A stretch of 64,000 nt of DNA from an uncultured archaeon (GTDB lineage Archaea > Thermoproteota > Nitrososphaeria_A > Caldarchaeales > Wolframiiraptoraceae). Positions within the stretch are counted from its first letter, which is position 1; every line of letters begins with the position of its first letter. Positions 57,543-64,000 of this stretch are shown here, piece by piece. The notes under the pieces are model-generated. The model had not been told where the DNA came from, made no database searches, and saw only the letters and a list, made by a program, of their open reading frames with translations. Where the stretch lies: the NCBI GenBank assembly GCA_938083505.1, contig CALKCF010000006.1, forward strand, positions 32,001-96,000. Direction: 5' to 3'. Made by a program: the position numbers and the translations under genes.

Positions 57543-57935
57543 TCACTTCGACTTGCCGGACCTTATCTCGGCCACCTTTTTAGTTATCTCGTCAATGTAA
57601 CCTTTTGCATCGCCTGGATCTATTATAGAAACTGAACTTGCTGCAACCGATATGCCAGCAACCTCGCCTAACTCCTTCTTGGAAGGGACAAACATGTAAG
57701 GTATTTTCTTCTCATCACATAAGGCAGGTAAGAAGGCAACGATCTCAGGTGGGTCAACGTCCATTGCGATTACAACAAATTTAGCCTGACCCCTCTCGAT
57801 AGATTTTATCACCTCATTGACACCCTTACGGGTCTTTCCTGTAAGTCTCGCTATCTTTATCGCCTCCAGAGTTGCCTTAATCAGCTCCTCGGGTGGGTTA
57901 AAAGTCAAATAGTAAGCTCCTGTAGCAGATTTCAT
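57543..57935 (-). CDS. rpl7ae: Ribosomal/RNP protein L7Ae
   Basis: [30 protein letters not shown]. Confidence 0.96.
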   Translation of the reverse strand: MKSATGAYYLTFNPPEELIKATLEAIKIARLTGKTRKGVNEVIKSIERGQAKFVVIAMDVDPPEIVAFLPALCDEKKIPYMFVPSKKELGEVAGISVAASSVSIIDPGDAKGYIDEITKKVAEIRSGKSK

Positions 57936-58064
57936 TAGCTTCTCCCCCTTCAGCCCACTTACACCACTTCTCACTTGTAAAAATTAGGCTTCTATTTATC
58001 TATATAGCTATCGGAGCTTACGTAATGCAAAAAGTGAATTAATACTTTTTAGCATCCATGTAAG

Positions 58065-59789
58065 ATGGGCATGAGGATGGAACTACGGGTGCTGATCCTT
58101 AAGTGGTCTTTAAAGAACGCTATCGAGCACGATGGAAAAGCTATCGTCAAAGCAGTCGTATCGAAAGTGCTCGGCGAGAATCCTGAATTTAGAAAAATGA
58201 TTGGAGAAGTATTAAAGTTAGCCGAAGAAGTTGTAGCAAACGTCAACCAAATGGGAGTTGAGCAGCAGATAAAGATGCTGGAGGAAATAGCACCCGCGTT
58301 ACTTGTAAAACATAAACCAAAAGAAAAGAAGTTACCACCATTACCGCATGCCGAGCCAGGTAAAGTCGTTACGAGATTACCGCCAGAGCCGAGCGGTTAT
58401 ATGCATATTGGGCATGCAATGAGCGGCATCTTGAACTATATGTATGCTAAGATATATGACGGAAAACTTTGGCTCAGGTTCGAAGATACAAATCCAAGAA
58501 AGGTCAAGCTTGAATATTATGAAAACTTTAGGAAAGGTTACAAATGGTTTGGGATAGAGTGGGATTATGAGAAGTGCAATTCAGAAGATTTAGAATCATA
58601 CTATAGTTATGCAAACGAGTTAATAAGAAGAGGTCTAGCATATGTGTGCTCCTGTAGCAAGGAAGATATGAGCAGAAGAAGATTTATGATGACTGAATGT
58701 GTACACAGACAACAGCCAGTCGAGTTGAATTTGTCACTATGGAAGGACATGCTGTCGGGGGTGTTAAAAGAAAGATCAGCCGTGCTCAGACTTAAGGGAG
58801 ACATGACAAGTAAGAATACAGTAATGCGAGATCCTACGCTATTTCGTATAGTCGAACATCCGCATCCAATCGTAGGTGATAAATATAGAGTTTGGCCGAC
58901 ATATGATATTGCTGCTGCCATAGAGGATGCTATTTGCGGTGTAACACACGTTCTGAGAAGTAGCGAATTTGCTTTACGTGACGAATTACAGAATTATATA
59001 AGATCTTTATTAGGTTTACAAAACCCAGTTTTTGTAGAATATTCTCGGTTCGAGTTTAAGGGCACACCTTTGGCTAAGAGAGAAATAAGACGTCTAATAG
59101 AGCAAGGGATAGTGTCTAGATGGGATGATCCAAGGTTGGCAACTGTCGACGGAATAAAAAGAAGAGGTTTACTGCCGGAAGCAATAAAGGAGTTCACAAT
59201 ATCCCAGACGGGACTAACGTATACAAAAAGAGTTTATGCGTGGGAGCTTTTGTATGCCATTAATAGACGCATACTAGATCCAATCGCGAAAAGGTATTTT
59301 CTCGTTCCCGACCCTATTTTGGTAGAAGTCGAGGGGGCGCCAGAAGTTAATGTTGAGTTGCCATATCACCCATCGGAACCGCTCGGCAAGAGGTTGGTAC
59401 ATGCTGATAACAAATTCTACATACCAAGAAAGGATGTGCAGGGACTTAAGGAGGGGGATACGCTTAGACTCAAGTACCTCTATAACGTTTCGATAAAAGA
59501 GGTCACTAAACATTTGGTGAAGGCAACCTTTGTGTGCAGAGACGTATTAGAAGGTGTGCCGATAGTTCAATGGGTAACCGAAGATTATGTTAAAGTCAGA
59601 GTTTTGGTGCCAGATGTTCTGTACCGAGACAACGGGCAAATGAACCCTGATAGCCTAAAGACCATACATGCGTTTGGAGAGAGTGCATGTGTAGAGATTA
59701 AATATGGAGAGAGAGTTCAGTTTGAACGTTTCGGCTTCTGTATAAGGGATGATGCGAACACCCTAGATTTCATATTCATACACACTTAA
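58065..59789 (+). CDS. gltX: Glutamyl-tRNA synthetase
   Basis: PPEPSGYMHIGHA, RFEDTNP, MRDP, WPTYD, THVLR, WDDPRL, QFERFGF. Confidence 0.96.
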   Translation: MGMRMELRVLILKWSLKNAIEHDGKAIVKAVVSKVLGENPEFRKMIGEVLKLAEEVVANVNQMGVEQQIKMLEEIAPALLVKHKPKEKKLPPLPHAEPGKVVTRLPPEPSGYMHIGHAMSGILNYMYAKIYDGKLWLRFEDTNPRKVKLEYYENFRKGYKWFGIEWDYEKCNSEDLESYYSYANELIRRGLAYVCSCSKEDMSRRRFMMTECVHRQQPVELNLSLWKDMLSGVLKERSAVLRLKGDMTSKNTVMRDPTLFRIVEHPHPIVGDKYRVWPTYDIAAAIEDAICGVTHVLRSSEFALRDELQNYIRSLLGLQNPVFVEYSRFEFKGTPLAKREIRRLIEQGIVSRWDDPRLATVDGIKRRGLLPEAIKEFTISQTGLTYTKRVYAWELLYAINRRILDPIAKRYFLVPDPILVEVEGAPEVNVELPYHPSEPLGKRLVHADNKFYIPRKDVQGLKEGDTLRLKYLYNVSIKEVTKHLVKATFVCRDVLEGVPIVQWVTEDYVKVRVLVPDVLYRDNGQMNPDSLKTIHAFGESACVEIKYGERVQFERFGFCIRDDANTLDFIFIHT

Positions 59790-59803
59790 CAAAGTTGAAA
59801 CAG

Positions 59804-60895
59804 CTAAAGCCTAACTTTTGGATGTTGTATACCCCTTTGCTTAACCCACTCCAACAGACGGCCAGTTATCGCAACCTTTGCCTTCTTAAGGGACCCTACA
59901 TCTCGACAGCCCGTTAAGAACATAGCGGTCTTCAATTCTGAAACCATTTGCTTTAGAAACGTTACAACCTTATCTGGACCGACCACGGCATGCTGAAGTA
60001 ACGGTCGAGCTATACCGGCCATACTCGCACCTATTGCAATGGCCTTAGCAACATCCAAACCGTTTCTTATACCACCCGACGCTATTATCGGAATTTTTGT
60101 CGATGCATGAGCTTCTATCGTGGCAGCAGCCGTTGGTATCCCCCACTCCAAAAATGTCTTACCTATAGCTGCGTGTTCAAAGAATCCTTTCTCTAATGCT
60201 CTTATTCTCTCGATTAACGCCCAATTAGTGCCACCGGCACCACCTACATCTATCACAGCCACACCTATTTCCTCAAGCCTTCTCGAAAGCTCGGCGCATA
60301 TTCCGTAGCCGACTTCTTTTACAATAATAGGGATCGGCAACCCCTCTGCGACACTTTTTATTGCCTCAAGCACACCCTTAAAAGAAGTCGTGCCATAAGG
60401 TTGAACAACCTCATGAAGCGGGTTAAGGTGGACCGCGAGCGCATTTGCATCAACCATTTTAACGACTTCTTCTGCTAACCTTATACCACCTTTGATGAGC
60501 TGCACACCGCCTATATTGGCGATAAGAAAAACATCTGGTGCGACGTCCCTTACAACCCTAAAGCTTTCTGCAAGCTCCGGCTTCTCCAAGGCTGCCCTTT
60601 GACTTCCTAACTCTATGGGTATGTTAAGTTCTGAGGCGGCTATTGCCAAATTTCTGTTTATTATCTCAGTACCTTTTGCGCCTCCAGTCATACCTTCTAT
60701 TAGGATTGGTGCAGAGAACTTTCTGCTAAGAAATTCTGTTGAGGTATCAATATCAACATAATCCAGCTCCGGTGCAGCAATATGTATAAGTTCTACAAAT
60801 TCAAACCATGTCGTCTTTTGCTTAAATTCAACATCTTTCTCTAAGCAAATCCTTATGTGGTCCAACTTCCTGACTTCTATGCTACTTTCACCCAT
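59804..60895 (-). CDS. fni: Isopentenyl-diphosphate isomerase type 2
   Basis: RK.DHI, GMTGG, GSQRAA, HLNP, KEVG, GAGGTNW, SGGIR. Confidence 0.95.
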   Translation of the reverse strand: MGESSIEVRKLDHIRICLEKDVEFKQKTTWFEFVELIHIAAPELDYVDIDTSTEFLSRKFSAPILIEGMTGGAKGTEIINRNLAIAASELNIPIELGSQRAALEKPELAESFRVVRDVAPDVFLIANIGGVQLIKGGIRLAEEVVKMVDANALAVHLNPLHEVVQPYGTTSFKGVLEAIKSVAEGLPIPIIVKEVGYGICAELSRRLEEIGVAVIDVGGAGGTNWALIERIRALEKGFFEHAAIGKTFLEWGIPTAAATIEAHASTKIPIIASGGIRNGLDVAKAIAIGASMAGIARPLLQHAVVGPDKVVTFLKQMVSELKTAMFLTGCRDVGSLKKAKVAITGRLLEWVKQRGIQHPKVRL

Positions 60896-60940
60896 TTGAA
60901 CCTTAAAGCTTAGGAACTACCTCTGATAAATATATGACGG

Positions 60941-61723
60941 TTATGCCACTTTGACCCTAGTGCCAACGACTTTCTGTCCCTTAATTACCGCTTCGACACG
61001 GCCTGGAACAAGGCCATTTATTATATAAACATCTATACCGTGTCTTGCTGCCGCGAGTGCTTCCTCAACTTTATAGAACATACCACCGGTCACATCACCT
61101 TCAATTGGTTCATATTTTAAGCTCATGTGAATTTTCTCGGTTAACTCTTCTATAAGAAAGCGTTGTGAGGTTTTTCTATCGAAACCATAAACACCATCGA
61201 CGTCTACGAGAAAAATGAGTTGCTTAGCTTTAAGTCTCATAGCAATGTAGGACGCTAATGCGTCACCGGAAAGTATTGTAAATTTTAACTTTCTATCAAA
61301 TACCGCATCTCCGTACATAACCGGAACGAGACCTATCTCCAGAGCCGAGAATATTGGATCAAAGTTGCACGTCTCTATATCTCCAGAATTTGTAGTGACT
61401 GTGCACGACGGTGGTATGCCTATTACCGGAAGGTCAACGTCATTAAGCGCAGACACCACGAGATCGTTAAGTTTTCTCATTGCGCTGACAGTCTCCACGA
61501 AGCCTTTAAGCTGCTCGGCTTTCTGGTAACCTTTCTTTATTCCGTATGCCTCAGCTATTGGATGGCCGAAGGATCCACCTCCATGGACAATAATCATCGG
61601 TGTAGGCCAGATCGACTTTAGCTCTCCACCTATTCTCAGAACAACATCCCGGTTAAAGGAGAGTGGTTCCTGCTTATTAGTTATGATAGAGCCTCCGAGC
61701 TTTAAGACTATTAATTTTCTCAT
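60941..61723 (-). CDS. ipk: Isopentenyl phosphate kinase
   Basis: KLGGSIITNK, HGGGSFGH, GD.V, SGD, DVTGGM..K. Confidence 0.92.
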   Translation of the reverse strand: MRKLIVLKLGGSIITNKQEPLSFNRDVVLRIGGELKSIWPTPMIIVHGGGSFGHPIAEAYGIKKGYQKAEQLKGFVETVSAMRKLNDLVVSALNDVDLPVIGIPPSCTVTTNSGDIETCNFDPIFSALEIGLVPVMYGDAVFDRKLKFTILSGDALASYIAMRLKAKQLIFLVDVDGVYGFDRKTSQRFLIEELTEKIHMSLKYEPIEGDVTGGMFYKVEEALAAARHGIDVYIINGLVPGRVEAVIKGQKVVGTRVKVA

Positions 61724-61790
61724 ACTCTTTGACCGTGGAAAAATTATAAAAGGGGGATTAAATTGGTTTTGCTAATTGAACATGCTTCGC

Positions 61791-62198
61791 TTACGTTCGG
61801 GAGATTATTGGTCTGAACTTGTAACCATAGTATATGATGCCGTGTTCGGATTCTTGTCCTATTACTCTAAACGCCAACTCCACACGCATGCCTATTTTAA
61901 CATCTTCTGAATCACAATCCACTATCTCCGCGGTAAGTTTTGTACCGTCCTCCAGCTCCACAATAGCCATTATGTACGGTCCGTAATTATCTTTCTCAGC
62001 CGGTAATGTATGGACAACTGTGTAGGAGTATATAGTACCTCTTGGTGGGAGCTGGATCGTTTCAATTTTCTCAGAATTACAAACGGGGCACACGTTTCTT
62101 GGACCTATGTATGTCTTTCCACATACTGTGCACTTCGAACCCAGCAACCCATATCTTCTTTCAGCCAATTGCCATATTCTTGGTGACTTTGGCATCAT
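61791..62198 (-). CDS. DUF35 Zn-ribbon/OB-fold scaffold of the thiolase-HMGS complex
   Basis: CTVC, CPVC, G.IYSYT, I.YGYKF; adjacent to the thiolase. Confidence 0.9.
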   Translation of the reverse strand: MMPKSPRIWQLAERRYGLLGSKCTVCGKTYIGPRNVCPVCNSEKIETIQLPPRGTIYSYTVVHTLPAEKDNYGPYIMAIVELEDGTKLTAEIVDCDSEDVKIGMRVELAFRVIGQESEHGIIYYGYKFRPIISRT

Positions 62199-62205
62199 TT
62201 TTGAT

Positions 62206-63381
62206 TCATCTCCTTTGTCTCCCGAATATGTGAATTACACACGTGCTCCCGGAGCCACCGATGTTTTGTGTCATGCCTATTTCAGCGCCTGAGACCTGTC
62301 TCTTTCCAGCTTCTCCCCTTAGTTGCTGCACTATCTCAACAATCTGTGCGGCACCGGTTGCGCCTATAGGATTGCCCCTAGCCTTCAGACCGCCGCTTGG
62401 GTTAACGGGTATTCTACCACCGATCTCTGTCTCACCTTCTTCTATCATCAACCCTCCCTTCCCCTTTTCGCATAGGCCCAAGTCCTCATACGATATTATC
62501 TCTGTGATCGTAAAGTTATCGTGCAGCTCGGCAACGTCAATGTTCTTAGGTTCTATACCGGCCATCTTATACGCCTGCCTTGATGCACTTACAACAGCGT
62601 ACAGCGTAGTTATATCAAATCTGTCGTGCAAAGCGATGCTGTCCGATGCTGTGCCGAATCCAAGCACATACACAGGAGTGTCAGTATATTTCTTTGCAAG
62701 TTCTGCAGAACATAATATGATAGCGGCTGCACCGTCAGTCACAGGCGAACAGTCCAAGACGTGCAATGGATCAGAAACTATGGGGGATGCTAGTACACGT
62801 TCTACTGTGACCTCGAATTGGAATTGCGCTAACGGGTTCTTTGTTGCATTCTTGTGGTTTTTGACAGAAACCATCGCGAGTTGCTCGGGCTTTGTGCCAT
62901 ATTGAATCATGTGCCTCCTAGCGATCAAAGCAAATGCTGCCGGAAGCGTAAGTCCGAAGAAGGCCTCCCACTCTACATCCATTGCCTTTGCATGTACACT
63001 CATCGCCTCAGGTGCTGAAATGTCTGTCATCTTCTCCACACCACCAACCATCACTATATCGTATATGCCGGACGCTACTGCCATATAGGCTAAGTTAAAA
63101 GCCATACCGGAGGATGCGCATGCACTCTCGATCCTAAAGGCGGGCTTGGACCTCAACGATAAGTAATCCGCCAAAAGAGGCGCCACGTGTTCTTGTCCTA
63201 CAAAGCTACCTGCAGAGAAGTTACCCACGAAAAGTGCTTGAACTTCCTTCCTATTCATATTTGCATCTTTTAGCGCCTCGTTTGCTGCTTCGACGAAAAG
63301 GTCCCTGAGTTGCTTATCCCATCTCTCACCGAACCTTGTCATTCCGATACCTACTACCGCCACATCACGCAAACACCTCAC
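62206..63381 (-). CDS. Archaeal acetoacetyl-CoA thiolase (SCP2-type)
   Basis: ESACASS, GGVEKM, DCSPVTDGAAA, ELHDNF, VNPSGGL...GNPIGATG; lies between HMGS and DUF35. Confidence 0.9.
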   Translation of the reverse strand: MRCLRDVAVVGIGMTRFGERWDKQLRDLFVEAANEALKDANMNRKEVQALFVGNFSAGSFVGQEHVAPLLADYLSLRSKPAFRIESACASSGMAFNLAYMAVASGIYDIVMVGGVEKMTDISAPEAMSVHAKAMDVEWEAFFGLTLPAAFALIARRHMIQYGTKPEQLAMVSVKNHKNATKNPLAQFQFEVTVERVLASPIVSDPLHVLDCSPVTDGAAAIILCSAELAKKYTDTPVYVLGFGTASDSIALHDRFDITTLYAVVSASRQAYKMAGIEPKNIDVAELHDNFTITEIISYEDLGLCEKGKGGLMIEEGETEIGGRIPVNPSGGLKARGNPIGATGAAQIVEIVQQLRGEAGKRQVSGAEIGMTQNIGGSGSTCVIHIFGRQRR

Positions 63382-63382
63382 C

Positions 63383-64000
63383 TCACAACACTATCTTTCC
63401 CCAGAACCTTGCGTAGAGACTATAATCAACGTACTTCTTTCTGTTGATGAAGTCTTCTACCTTAGGTGCTAGATCCCTTTTCCTTTCTATACCCTCTGCC
63501 ACGACTATACTAAAAGCATCCGACCCTGAACCGGAGCCAAATGACACCAAGAGTATTCTCTGACCCGGCTTAGCTTGGTCGAGTACTTTACATAGTCCAG
63601 TAGGTGAGGAGCCGGAATAAAAGTTTCCCACGATGGGTGACAGCAAACCTGGCAACACCTTACTATCACTGAACCCTAATCTTTTTGCAACCTCAACCGG
63701 GAATGAGCCGTTGGGCTGATGCGGAACTATATAATCAAAATCTTCTGGTGTCATGTTAAGCTCTTTCATTAAACCAGTAGCGGCCGCAATTATATGTCTA
63801 AAGTATGCGGGTTCTCCTGTAAACCTTCCGCCATGCCTTGGATACTTACTTAAGTCTCTTCTCCAAAAATCCGGTGTATCCGTACCTATCGAGTACTGTC
63901 CTTCAAAATATGCTATAGGGTCACCCAAGTCATGACCTATTATGAAAGCAGAGCCGCCTGCTGAGGCTGTATACTCCAGCACGTCACCGGGTAAGGATTG
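63383..64000 (-). CDS. Hydroxymethylglutaryl-CoA synthase (5' part outside the window)
   Basis: [49 protein letters not shown]; the frame stays open to the window edge. Confidence 0.95.
   Translation of the reverse strand, partial: QSLPGDVLEYTASAGGSAFIIGHDLGDPIAYFEGQYSIGTDTPDFWRRDLSKYPRHGGRFTGEPAYFRHIIAAATGLMKELNMTPEDFDYIVPHQPNGSFPVEVAKRLGFSDSKVLPGLLSPIVGNFYSGSSPTGLCKVLDQAKPGQRILLVSFGSGSGSDAFSIVVAEGIERKRDLAPKVEDFINRKKYVDYSLYARFWGKIVL

Noticed and set aside
57936-57990. K-turn for L7Ae autoregulation in the rpl7ae leader (GTGAGA...CTGA)
   Set aside because: The flanking canonical stem does not pair convincingly by eye.
96-63935. Numerous 60-220 aa ORFs antisense to or nested in the called genes (e.g. 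16079-16675, 17387-17980, 62243-62905)
   Set aside because: Shadow ORFs of conserved genes, with biased S/F/L/I composition and no motifs.
1-64000. CRISPR arrays, IS elements, inteins, rRNA genes
   Set aside because: No regularly spaced repeats, transposase or integrase motifs, intein-sized insertions or rRNA-like sequence were seen.

Overview
64 kb of archaeal core chromosome. The gene complement (rps30e, rpl14e, rpl34e, Elf1 and TFE-beta together with PolD DP2, SMC-ScpAB and FtsZ) points to a non-crenarchaeal TACK lineage, Aigarchaeota/Caldarchaeales-like by inference. Content is almost all housekeeping: aminoacyl-tRNA synthetases (thrS, metG, gltX), cell division and chromosome genes (cdrS-ftsZ2, smc-scpA-scpB), RNA modification and processing (fibrillarin, Nop5, Gar1, Cbf5, L7Ae, Trm1, Trm5-like, RlmE, Clp1), ribosomal proteins and secY, replication (priS, GINS, polC), Mo/W-cofactor genes, isoprenoid genes (HMGS-thiolase-DUF35-IPK-IDI2, GGGPS, uppS) and tRNA-Ser(TGA). 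No CRISPR array or recognisable mobile element was seen. Main signals: (1) a 20-nt bulge-helix-bulge mRNA intron (48824-48843) that splits the catalytic Asp codon of cbf5; (2) three genes (metG, an ABC permease, priS) whose conserved N-termini have no ATG/GTG/TTG start and instead show ACG or CTG candidates, two of them at a stop/start-overlap position; (3) small genes missed by the ORF track (CdrS, rps30e, a 37-aa membrane protein); (4) a decayed, probably inverted Fe-S/Moco locus at 45.5-48.3 kb; (5) a mevalonate-pathway thiolase with GNP in place of the catalytic GHP motif. All calls come from reading motifs by eye; no searches were run.
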